Shown: one piece after another, positions 17,901-24,570 of the stretch
Numbering within the stretch: position 1 is the stretch's first letter
Layout of the letters: each line of letters opens with the position of its first letter
Source of the DNA: a virus
Lineage: Duplodnaviria; Caudoviricetes
Reading direction: 5' to 3' (one strand)
Virus record (IMG/VR): IMGVR_UViG_3300046005_001686
Span: 1 to 31,708 of that record
DNA: 31,708 nucleotides
Notes under the pieces: model-generated
Told to the model about the DNA's origin: nothing
Database searches by the model: none
The model's input: the letters and a program-made list of their open reading frames with translations, nothing else
Translations under genes and position numbers: made by a program

Positions 17901-20033
17901 GGGGTGCGGTCGATAGCCGAAAAGTTTGCGGACAGCAATTCTCAGGTGCTTTTTCTTGAACAGCGGATGATGGAAATTCCGATGTACGGAAAAGACGCGG
18001 ACCGTAAGGCGGCGCTGAAGATGATGGAAAAGCTGGCGTTTGATATTGCGGCGGCCAATTTCCACAAAAACAACAAAGTGGCGGAGGATAACCGGGCATT
18101 CGGCGAAGCCCTCCAGCGGATCTACGGCGGCCGTTTTGCGGAGAACGAACTGAAGGCGCTGATGGAACCGCTGGAAGCTTTCCAGAAGTTCAGTCTGGAC
18201 GGGATGCGGCTGAGCCGGTCACACGTTTTGCAGATGCTCGGCATGCTGGCGCAGAACGATATTCGTTCCCGGGCTCAAACCGTGGCGGAAATTGAAGCCA
18301 AGTTGAAGGCAGAGCATGGGGGTGATCTGTCCGGACTCTGGAAGACAACCAAACCGGAAGAGGTCGCGCAGGCGCTTTGGCAGAGTCCGGACGAGTTTAT
18401 TAAATACCGGACGGCTGCGGGCATGGAATTGAACAGTTACGAACTGTTGCAGGCCGTGCGCGGGGTGGCGGATGGTTCTAAGCTGGCTCGTCGGCTGGCG
18501 ATGGAGCCGGAAATGCTCCAGGCGCTGCGGGAAGTCAATCCGCAAGATTTTGAATTGCTGGACTGGTTCCGGGATTATTACCGGAACAATCGGATGGCAC
18601 TGAGCGCAGTCAATAAAGAGGTGACCGGCTTTGTGATTCAGCCGCCGGATGCGTTCTATATTCCGTCGAAGGTGGACTACCGGGCAGGGGCGATCCGTTC
18701 GGTGAATATCGCTATGCCGGTGGTTCCGCCGTCGCTGACTCCGCGTGTGTTTAACACCAAAGACCTTGATGAAAGCGCGGACATTGTGAGCATCTACATG
18801 CGCCGCTTAGAGAGCAACGAGCAGTTTGTCCACTTTGCGAAGCTTCATCAGCGGATCGCGGGCATCTTTAATGACGGAGAGCTGACGCAGGCAATCGAGT
18901 TGACGCACGGAAAGCGCTTTGCCGATCAGTTGGGCGTTCATCTGCGCGACGTGTTGAGCAATCAGCCGATCACCGGCGGGAAGCTGGAAATTATAGACTC
19001 GCTGACAAACTTCTTTGCGGTCACCCGGCTGGGCTGGAATGTCAGTCTGTTCCCAAAACAGCTCACCAGTCTGCCGGCCTTTGCGATGTATGTGAATGCG
19101 GGTGATTTTGCAAAGTACGTTAGCACCGCATTCACGGATGAAGGCCGCGCGGCGATGAAAGAGATTTGGGACAGTCCGCACGCAAAAACCCGCTTACGCA
19201 CCGGGCAGACGCAGGTTGACCGGGACATGCTGAGCGGACTGAACGAAACCGGAATGACGGTTTGGGAAGCCTACAAGCGCTGGGGACGGTATCCGACTAT
19301 GGCGGGAGATATCGTTCCGACGCTGATCTTCGGGCAGGGTTATTATCGGGAAATGCTGGCCGACGCCTCGCGGCAGGGAATGCGCACGGAAGAAGGCAAA
19401 GAGTGGGCCATGGATCAGCTTTTCCGGCTGGTAGAGATGAGTCAGCAGTCCGGCAGTCTGATCAATATGGCGGAATGGCAGCGGCATGGTGGAAGCGCCG
19501 GGCGGGCCATTGGACAATTCCTGTCCACCCCGTCGCAGTTCTGGGCAAAACAGACATTTGACTGGCGTGAATGGAGAGCGGCGATTGAGGCGGAAGGCAA
19601 AGGATCGGATCGGGCTAGTGAGGCGCGTGCTCAATTTCTAAAAACATCACTGATTAACCATGTGCTGCTGGCCGGACTTTATACCGGCGTGAATATCCTT
19701 TGGAAGGCGGCACTGGGCGATCCTCCTGACAAAAAGGACTGGATGCAGATGATCGAAAGCATGGCAATAGGGCCATGGAGCGGCGTTTTGGTGGTCGGCT
19801 CTATTCAAGAAGGAATTGTGCATGGTCTGTTGACAGGTGAAAGCAGCTTCGGCGGCGGCGACATTATCCCGATCTCCGGACTAGCTGGGGATGCGCAGAC
19901 GCTGGCGGCGGCGGCCAATGCGTTGGCAACCGGAGATTTTGAAACCATGTGGAAAGACCTTGACCGGATATTAGCGGGCATGGCGCCGCCGTATCGCGAC
20001 GTTCGCAAAGCGGTAAAGAACTACAGCGAGTAA
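11925..20033 (+). CDS. Large polyvalent ejection protein (zincin-like peptidase, PBECR/MuF-C-like and ART-PolyVal domains)
   Basis: 2702 aa in the gp16 position; WHEVGGH (14475..14492); TPALLRFLGMP...LP...PVAVF segment; FKKWFGDSKVVDADGNPLVVYHGT...PVYLKIENP...GFDGV...QIKSATGN (16056..16484). Confidence 0.8.
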   Translation: MTVKLAEGFEPVVLAEGFEPATAVDQPDSSPVPEGWKPFYDYAKSGKYIPDEDRTGFVLGSIEQMGIDVGGVDTSGATEEIFTGQKTLNFGQKLVRGAIGAIPIPGAPLAAAALGQTVLGSNKKVPRGWGEISKSAFGREMTVEEAEKELMGRMAKIYDETPLQAFDRQDPITKGELARTDENQRRKSSRKTTGDMGTNEPRLNMPGVDYSRFGKEQQDIPSGDVEQTAQAIEAKRQELFLKSSGDIFRLAQSVLTRKEEMIGQAMINGARDGGEDGITDVVNAHADELLNMDDETIGYMKAYVISQIPEEQRNFFQRILPSATAQISNRFRNTAYSARELGIDMFGLSSDADRIGKQVETGFRGVELFDEDGAVLPEHADKLRSIIRNEVQANRIEGGLDKASQQKIEDYYFNNFGRVISPAIRQAKLDRLRYGAKALSAPQYNDLGFVKETALSAIGTTVDMAALAVIQRVPVVGIPFVMGTTYGSFQGDLEQRLMYEHDMPLSQARMTSALAAVPYAMSEYSQAFTLGKSPSLLPFIGEKNASRIFLHEFSNYARRAMWPELREEYWQAGINYAAMETARVFADSKGITFDDNVKRAVQDAVQATLIMPFVTIAGGGAVSTSKAIGTGSMRQFLPEELQRASQDIKSPVSVYAAAQQARRKVKLMDEQGVRPGQYPKKLTEAVRLMEQGAVSGEQGVENPEADEAELMETLRTEGYEDPAKALDGIRLQIQHEDAVQELTKAKVDHYRSQLDAELSQGDTTDVSVGPKMGRIQSATETYAARLGITTEPYATFDDFVEAHPEIKNDPRWPEIKKNPEMLKAVNLDGKKIAVIEENITDANDGLTQWWHEVGGHRGLDINPKAQRFLDGVKSELGMDFIKSQLPAFYHNQSDNELVGEYLSRLVGRAGQGGELGATDQEKGVWKRFKEWAGSDLGLDLPETVAARSVARTAKDILTFAKQFDVRYPDGMSVKLERKTFTRTGGQWLNEKGRAVKDAVLVETIQKAADESAKKTEERQLKSAKIEAEKRIQQMADADLVIKMVLENGKVEMPVMKPGQPLPDEYAAVPKRFRAAKGLGMPLDQLADQVAALSGQTADYSTDQLRAALEQFDSKAESLLQQAADGRIQTSAHEEQVLIDQLSRGEISQSEFDQAMAEVSGARFLVAPDLKANIEAALNSDSDGKTVQRTRKVIEFSNTPALLRFLGMPDARIISEVGNVRKMNLVHHLSVDDIAELPNHYEIPVAVFKDGQNYILLTDELAANKAGINKPVMVFLEPAGEKRGENNYIASAYSREIDKEVAYAQWAETSGMMLYFDNERAALLPLEEATLLRIKTSSQSGSFETPESYASRKHNNDTPEGGKSQDVRSVAPPADSEAFKKWFGDSKVVDADGNPLVVYHGTRVDFNEFDSSGHPNEEVPGAHFSKQARVASLYADGAGATVMPVYLKIENPASREDVDLIRRETRLFGEKLRERLVSMGFDGVVDDTLMKEIIVFSPTQIKSATGNAGTYDGNNPDIRFSMEQQEDPMRATAVHIAYRIFTGDFQVKRVAKGKNKGQMVARTDDEQLADISKLLESQGLSKSKVAAQEVLDDARAVAQSAIQRKQSLKSNQSVSKFIRDEATRQWFNRQVETIYREGQSGGKIAAAAEAEVRYQQEKASQTMLRTRPGLGAEELREYNLDTRHLLDKLELEEKKRDFKPREQRMTDDEFEQMVDSGKMPDMGVDGNASGSYRAEVDDFLFRVKTAVVRKLTKEGVLAQNKDLLKAMRSPVAVAEYRKTLQNVLGNTAAELTYGFRRDVIERKIMALDDAKLMSTLDNKAGMLLQQMFDARDFETLDTQVSKVLELTQKFGGRLKYRLQETSQAVQVRALKMFRMIRGGDGKSGVLLMEPDAVQAEMEQLRNAFDDPQKYAPEGSDVEAWTQDAVDRYNMMDRFGAFKYKTAAERADAVGWLESRIETELKEQEERRAARKAEAEKILSALQKALPRRKTAGHGVRSIAEKFADSNSQVLFLEQRMMEIPMYGKDADRKAALKMMEKLAFDIAAANFHKNNKVAEDNRAFGEALQRIYGGRFAENELKALMEPLEAFQKFSLDGMRLSRSHVLQMLGMLAQNDIRSRAQTVAEIEAKLKAEHGGDLSGLWKTTKPEEVAQALWQSPDEFIKYRTAAGMELNSYELLQAVRGVADGSKLARRLAMEPEMLQALREVNPQDFELLDWFRDYYRNNRMALSAVNKEVTGFVIQPPDAFYIPSKVDYRAGAIRSVNIAMPVVPPSLTPRVFNTKDLDESADIVSIYMRRLESNEQFVHFAKLHQRIAGIFNDGELTQAIELTHGKRFADQLGVHLRDVLSNQPITGGKLEIIDSLTNFFAVTRLGWNVSLFPKQLTSLPAFAMYVNAGDFAKYVSTAFTDEGRAAMKEIWDSPHAKTRLRTGQTQVDRDMLSGLNETGMTVWEAYKRWGRYPTMAGDIVPTLIFGQGYYREMLADASRQGMRTEEGKEWAMDQLFRLVEMSQQSGSLINMAEWQRHGGSAGRAIGQFLSTPSQFWAKQTFDWREWRAAIEAEGKGSDRASEARAQFLKTSLINHVLLAGLYTGVNILWKAALGDPPDKKDWMQMIESMAIGPWSGVLVVGSIQEGIVHGLLTGESSFGGGDIIPISGLAGDAQTLAAAANALATGDFETMWKDLDRILAGMAPPYRDVRKAVKNYSE

Positions 20034-20045
20034 ATCAGGCTGTGA

Positions 20046-20056
20046 TGCGTATATAG
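20046..20056 (+). promoter_or_regulatory. Putative late promoter motif copy 3 (TGCGTATATAG)
   Basis: Exact 11-mer core, intergenic, 21 nt before ATG 20078. Confidence 0.65.
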
Positions 20057-20077
20057 GCGGAAAGGGAGAATCCGCTT

Positions 20078-20554
20078 ATGAGAAAAATACTAGCATTTCT
20101 GTTTGTATTGGCCGCTTGCATGGTTGCGCTGGCTGAGCAGTGGACAATGACCATCACCAATTCGACGCGCTGCATTCCGGCGCAGAGCATTGCCACCAAT
20201 CTTGTGACCACCTGGACCAGCGGCATTGCCGTGTCGCCGGGCGGGTACTACAAGAACGCCGCCGGTCAAACCTACATGGCCATCACCGCGGGCACAGGAA
20301 CCAACTCACCGACGCACCGGATCGGCAAGGCATCCACAACGGACGGCATCAGCTGGCTGTTTTGCAGTCCAACCATCGGGCATAAGGGAGTGATCGCTTG
20401 CGTGTTGTCGGGATCGGAAGTCCATTACAACCGCAACGCGGCCGCGACAACGAACATGCCGTGGACGGTGAAGAACGTCTTTGATCCGGCGCGCGGTGAC
20501 TGGCGTTTTGTCCCGGCGTCCGGAACGTCCGTCATTTCATTCCTCGAACTCTAA
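20078..20554 (+). CDS. Signal-peptide protein with a tail-fibre-type carbohydrate-binding-like module
   Basis: MRKILAFLFVLAACMVALA|EQ (A-x-A site); W....G..Y....AGTG...PTH..G....DG..W pattern resembles fibre/spike CBM-like repeats. Confidence 0.7.
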   Translation: MRKILAFLFVLAACMVALAEQWTMTITNSTRCIPAQSIATNLVTTWTSGIAVSPGGYYKNAAGQTYMAITAGTGTNSPTHRIGKASTTDGISWLFCSPTIGHKGVIACVLSGSEVHYNRNAAATTNMPWTVKNVFDPARGDWRFVPASGTSVISFLEL

Positions 20555-20565
20555 GGAGCTGTGTC

Positions 20566-21189
20566 ATGAGAAAATCCGTTTTGAATTTTATTGTGCTGGC
20601 GGTTCTGTATTCCTGTCAGCGACTTCCTGCGCAGGAGTCCGGCGTTGAAATGAAAGGCGTTCCTGCAGGAAACGTTCCCTCTGTGACGCGGGCCGGACTG
20701 CTGGGCGACTCTGGCATCAAAGCTGGCGGTGGTATAATTACGAACCTCGCGACCTCTGGTTCATTTAGGCTCAGCACCGTAACAAACTCTACGCCCCTCA
20801 TGATAATGTCAACAAACATAAACTATGTAACCTACACAGGTACTTATTCATTTGCCTATATCACATGGGTTGGAGAGGTATTTCCCGGAATTTATCCCGC
20901 TTACACAAACCAATACGGTAAAGTACTTACCGTGTATGGCAATATCTACATGGTGACAGACATCGAGGACCACAATCCTTATTCCAGTTATTACATTATA
21001 TCAGAGGATGCGGGAGCAACATGGGGAGGGGGGGGGGATGTAAATAGTCTCAGTTCAACTGGTACACCATCTGTTCAGTTTGCGGATTATTATATCAATG
21101 GCAGAAAGGTTGAAAACTTAATGATTCAACCCGATGGATCTGCTGTTACCTACTTCATCATAGATGGAATTTTGGTTGCTGTTTATTAG
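20566..21189 (+). CDS. Putative secreted Tyr/Thr-rich beta protein
   Basis: SD AAGGAG; MRKSVLNFIVLAVLYSC N-terminus (signal peptide, possibly lipoprotein); AT-richer C-terminal two-thirds. Confidence 0.65.
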   Translation: MRKSVLNFIVLAVLYSCQRLPAQESGVEMKGVPAGNVPSVTRAGLLGDSGIKAGGGIITNLATSGSFRLSTVTNSTPLMIMSTNINYVTYTGTYSFAYITWVGEVFPGIYPAYTNQYGKVLTVYGNIYMVTDIEDHNPYSSYYIISEDAGATWGGGGDVNSLSSTGTPSVQFADYYINGRKVENLMIQPDGSAVTYFIIDGILVAVY

Positions 21190-21198
21190 GGGGAACTT

Positions 21199-21366
21199 AT
21201 GAAAACAATACTTATCTTTATCGCATTTGCATTTGCGGCTACCGCTAGTGAGGTGTTCTACGTAAAAGTTGTTTCCAACAGCAACTCTGTCACACGCACA
21301 GAATACCGCGCCGACGGCGCGGTGATAACCAACCAAGTGATTCTTAAACGTCAGCCAACCAAGTGA
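21199..21366 (+). CDS. Small secreted protein (55 aa, below ORF-track cutoff)
   Basis: Manual translation MKTILIFIAFAFAATA|SEVFYVKVVSNSNSVTRTEYRADGAVITNQVILKRQPTK*; SD GGGGA; A-x-A site. Confidence 0.65.
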   Translation: MKTILIFIAFAFAATASEVFYVKVVSNSNSVTRTEYRADGAVITNQVILKRQPTK

Positions 21367-21421
21367 TGTATTGAAACCACGGCTCAATGAGCCAGCCCGA
21401 AAGGGCAGAGAAAGGACGCAG

Positions 21422-21727
21422 ATGGCAGCAACAAGAGAACATGAACCATGTCGAACAGTTAAAGTAATGTCATCGCTCGTATCGTTTATTTTGGTGATTG
21501 CGGGGCTGTACTTATCTTTTCAAGAAGGGCGCATTCGCCAACTTGAATCAAAAAACGATTCACTGGTGAGCATGAAAAAGGATGTCGAGTATCTCACGGA
21601 CGGGTTTAAGGAAATGAAACTCGATGTGAAGTTGCTATTAAAACAACAGAGCCGAATGAACGACTATGGTGACGACGGGAACGGGTTCACACCAAAGAAG
21701 ACAGAAAAAATAATTTCCGGCAATTAA
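21422..21727 (+). CDS. Single-TM coiled-coil membrane protein (lysis-associated, holin/antiholin-like)
   Basis: SD AAAGGA before ATG 21422; TM SLVSFILVIAGLYL followed by a heptad-like helix. Confidence 0.55.
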   Translation: MAATREHEPCRTVKVMSSLVSFILVIAGLYLSFQEGRIRQLESKNDSLVSMKKDVEYLTDGFKEMKLDVKLLLKQQSRMNDYGDDGNGFTPKKTEKIISGN

Positions 21728-21742
21728 GCCGAAGGAGGAAAC

Positions 21743-22087
21743 ATGAACAAAGTATTGGAGTTCCTGAGTGGGAAGAAAACGTATATCGTCGTACTCGTTA
21801 CGGCCGTTATAATCGGTCTGCTGGCCGCTGGTATCCAGATTCCTGAATATGTATGGCCGTTGCTCGGCGCGTGTGGTCTTGGAACGATTCGTTCTGCCGT
21901 GGCCGGGGTTGTTCCGGTACAGGGTTCTGGCTTTTTTACCGGAAAGAAAACATACATCATCGCCGCAATCATGGCCGTCCTTGGCGGACTGCAAGCGTAT
22001 GGTCTCGTGATTCCCGAATTTGTGTTCGGCCTGCTGGCTACCGCCGGAGCCGGGACAATCCGCATGGCAATTCCGAAGATGCTGTAA
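21743..22087 (+). CDS. Holin-like membrane protein with internal duplication
   Basis: SD AAGGAGG; four hydrophobic segments; two copies of F-x-[ST]GKKTYI...IPE.V..LL...G.GTIR.A. Confidence 0.65.
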   Translation: MNKVLEFLSGKKTYIVVLVTAVIIGLLAAGIQIPEYVWPLLGACGLGTIRSAVAGVVPVQGSGFFTGKKTYIIAAIMAVLGGLQAYGLVIPEFVFGLLATAGAGTIRMAIPKML

Positions 22088-22299
22088 TGTCGTTTGCCGT
22101 TCCATCTTGGGCATTGGCGGTCGGCGGCATTCTCGCCGTCGTCCTGCCTTCGCTCTATGTGGTATGGCGCAAGGATAAAAAGGAGGAAGAGGAAGATGCA
22201 AAAATCCTACACACCGCACCTGACGATCCTGTTGGCCGCGCTGATTTTGACGAGCGCGAGCGGATGCAGGTCGAAGGTTCCAAAACACATTCCGAATGA
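22087..22299 (+). CDS. Putative i-spanin (Rz-like)
   Basis: TAATG coupling to the holin; MSFAVPSWALAVGGILAVVLPSLYVVW TM then a charged tail; overlaps a lipoprotein gene in another frame. Confidence 0.55.
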   Translation: MSFAVPSWALAVGGILAVVLPSLYVVWRKDKKEEEEDAKILHTAPDDPVGRADFDERERMQVEGSKTHSE

Positions 22300-22438
22300 A
22301 CACGCGGTCTATTATACAACGCGGCCTATTCCGTTACCGGAAGGTTCGTTGTATTTCGTCAATACGAACAAGCAGATGGAAGCGGTGATGGATGATTTTG
22401 AGGTTCCGGCTGGGTGGAGGTTCACCGGGCCGAAGTAA
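22196..22438 (+). CDS. Putative o-spanin lipoprotein (Rz1-like)
   Basis: ATG 22196 with purine-rich SD; LTILLAALILTSASG-C lipobox-like signal, Pro-rich mature part. Confidence 0.6.
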   Translation: MQKSYTPHLTILLAALILTSASGCRSKVPKHIPNEHAVYYTTRPIPLPEGSLYFVNTNKQMEAVMDDFEVPAGWRFTGPK

Positions 22439-22448
22439 CAGCTTTCTT

Positions 22449-22676
22449 CAACCAAAGTTCAACCACAACGACATTCTTCAATAAAAACAGCACAAAACTA
22501 AACCCCTGTTGGGTGCAGACCATTTGACGGCACGTTTTTTACGGACGTGCCGTTTTTGTTGGGTTTAATCAATGCCAGCGCGGGCGGCGCGGTGCGGGGA
22601 AGTTTTGCTATTGTCTCCTATCATACTCCTATGATACGCCTATGATCGTCTGAAAACAGCAACCAGTCGGCAACCA
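22449..22676. other. Putative attP region
   Basis: Paired CAACCA direct repeats at 22449/22460 and 22660/22671 (11-bp period, arm-site-like); three CCTAT[CG]AT at 22617/22628/22639; tRNA-3'-like CCTGTTGGGTGCA between them; adjacent to the integrase. Confidence 0.6.
22527..22560 (+). terminator. Intrinsic terminator ending the late operon or following the att core
   Basis: ACGGCACGT...ACGTGCCGT 9-bp stem followed by TTTTGTT. Confidence 0.7.
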
Positions 22677-22689
22677 CTCGGGGTTCAAC

Positions 22690-23784
22690 ATGGGAATTAT
22701 GACGTTTAAGCGGGCGGATCGGAAGAAGAGTCCGTTCGGGGTGAGGTGGTCGGAGCGCGGTAAGCGGAAGTTCCGGTTTTTTGGATCGGCCAAGGATCGG
22801 GATGCGTATGCCAAGGATTTGCAGAAGGCGGTTGATGTGCAGGGTCGTGTAATTCTGTCGCTGTCGGCGGCTGATGCCTCAGTAATGGCGGAGTGTATTA
22901 AGCTGGCCGGTTCGTCCGGGGCGGTTCTGCGGGCTGTCCATGAGGTTTGCGGGCGGGCTTTGCTGGGGAGTATATCGCTGGCCGCGGCGCGGCAGGAATA
23001 CATTGATGAGCGGACGAATGCCGGTCGGGATGAGAAGTATGTTAAAAAGCTGGAGGACATCCTTGGTAAGCTGGATTTTGTTTCTCCGCAGCGGGTGAGC
23101 GATGCGGATGCCAGGCGATGGGCGTCGGCGCTGCCGTTGAGTCCGGTGTCGGTTCATGGCCATATCAAGGTGTGCCGGACGTTCTGGGGCTGGCTGGTTG
23201 AGCGTAAGTATGCGGCCGAGAATGTTTTTGCGAAGGTGCCGATGCCACAGGTGGTTGAGAAGGAGCCAGGGTTTTTGACGGTGGAGCAGACGCGGGCATT
23301 GTTGAAGGCGGCGCGGGATCATTTTCCGGATGCGGTGGCCTATTTTGCGCTGGGGGCGTTTGCCGGGCTCCGTTCGTCGGCGATCTGCCGGCTGGAGTGG
23401 AAGGAGCATATCCGTTTTGAGCAGCGCGGGATCCTGATTACCGGTGAGAATGCCAAAAACAAGCGTCGGCAGTTTGTGGACGGGCACGAGCCGAATTTGT
23501 GGGCGTGGCTGGAGTGGGCGCGGGAGCATGCTCCGGGCGGGTTTGATCTGGAGCCAAGGGCGTGGGAGCGTCGTCGCGGGCAGGTGGCGGAGAAGGCGGA
23601 GGTGGTGATGCCGCACAATGCCCTTAGACACTCGTTCTGCACCCACCACTGCGCGCTGTATGGAGACGCGGGCCGGACGGCTACGCTGCTGACGCACCGG
23701 GGGAATGTGGCGATCCTGTACCAGCACTATAAGGGGAACGCGGGCAGGGGGGATGCCGAAAGGTATTTCGGCATAAGGCCTTAG
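22690..23784 (+). CDS. int: Tyrosine recombinase / phage integrase
   Basis: AGLRSS (catalytic R), AKNK (K), HNALRHSF (HxxR box), LLTH and HY (Tyr nucleophile); N-terminal arm-binding-like beta domain. Confidence 0.95.
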   Translation: MGIMTFKRADRKKSPFGVRWSERGKRKFRFFGSAKDRDAYAKDLQKAVDVQGRVILSLSAADASVMAECIKLAGSSGAVLRAVHEVCGRALLGSISLAAARQEYIDERTNAGRDEKYVKKLEDILGKLDFVSPQRVSDADARRWASALPLSPVSVHGHIKVCRTFWGWLVERKYAAENVFAKVPMPQVVEKEPGFLTVEQTRALLKAARDHFPDAVAYFALGAFAGLRSSAICRLEWKEHIRFEQRGILITGENAKNKRRQFVDGHEPNLWAWLEWAREHAPGGFDLEPRAWERRRGQVAEKAEVVMPHNALRHSFCTHHCALYGDAGRTATLLTHRGNVAILYQHYKGNAGRGDAERYFGIRP

Positions 23785-23903
23785 ACTTTAGGCTTTGGGC
23801 TTTTCGTGCCTTCGGCAGATCCGCCGAGGCGGAAGGTTTTAGGCCGGATGTTGTCTAGACAAGGGTTGGCTAAAGGCGGACGGATCGGACGCATCGGGCG
23901 GAT
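23776..23903. repeat. Composite repeat block between convergent genes: heptamer array, GC palindrome, 9-mer array
   Basis: AGGCCTT AGACTTT AGGCTTT GGGCTTT (23776..23803); TCCGCC-GA-GGCGGA (23820..23833); CGGACGGAT CGGACGCAT CGGGCGGAT (23877..23903). Confidence 0.75.
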
Positions 23904-23913
23904 TGTGTATGGG

Positions 23914-24570
23914 TTATCCTACATAGGCGATTTGTTGACTAACAACGCTGCGTTGTTCTTTTGCCATTTCTTCTGACCAAGCTCCTTGCTCAACGATTTT
24001 GTCGAGAGCGTGAAGACAGAGCGTGTGCAGATCGCGTCCTTCTAGCCCGAGCGTTCCGCGATAAATATGATATTCTCCGGATGCTAAATAATCAGCAGTC
24101 ATGGTGTAGATTGAGTTATAAACAGAGACTTCTGTACCAATGTTTTTTGCTGCGTTTATTAGATCCTGCGGTGCGGTTTTAAACCACTCGGTGTAAGTAT
24201 TTCGAACAATTGGAGCGCCGAGATTAATCGGGCTGCAAGATGATAAAAACGAATCTAAAGTTGAGTGTATCTGGCTTAAAATGTCCTGGGCTTCAGGTTC
24301 ATCTCTATATTTTCGAAGAGCATCGTAAATTCCAGTCGCCTTCATTTGATTGAATGTCTTTTCAACAGCGGCGTCTATATCAATGCTGTTTAAAAACGCT
24401 CTAAATTCATCAACATCTGTGTTTCGGTGTGATTTTTTGCGCTCTCTGTTTTCTTTGGCCAGTCTAACTCGCGGAGCGTCGCTGTTTTTTCCAGTTATAA
24501 TTAGAACGGCAACAAACGCAAAAGCCAGTAGGCTGATTATTATAAAAGCGATAGTTTGTTTTAATTCCAT
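23914..24570 (-). CDS. N-terminally membrane-anchored hypothetical protein (lysogeny-expressed moron candidate)
   Basis: Only convincing minus-strand gene; 218 aa; TM IAFIIISLLAFAFVAVLII followed by basic residues; AT-rich. Confidence 0.75.
   Translation of the reverse strand: MELKQTIAFIIISLLAFAFVAVLIITGKNSDAPRVRLAKENRERKKSHRNTDVDEFRAFLNSIDIDAAVEKTFNQMKATGIYDALRKYRDEPEAQDILSQIHSTLDSFLSSCSPINLGAPIVRNTYTEWFKTAPQDLINAAKNIGTEVSVYNSIYTMTADYLASGEYHIYRGTLGLEGRDLHTLCLHALDKIVEQGAWSEEMAKEQRSVVSQQIAYVG

Noticed and set aside
5927-21366. Diversity-generating retroelement, suggested by BPP-1-like architecture and aromatic variable-looking loops
   Set aside because: No reverse transcriptase ORF and no TR/VR pair differing at adenines seen in the window; cannot exclude one outside it
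22495-22530. Complete tRNA gene
   Set aside because: Only a short 3'-end-like fragment; no D arm, anticodon arm or intact TTCGA loop
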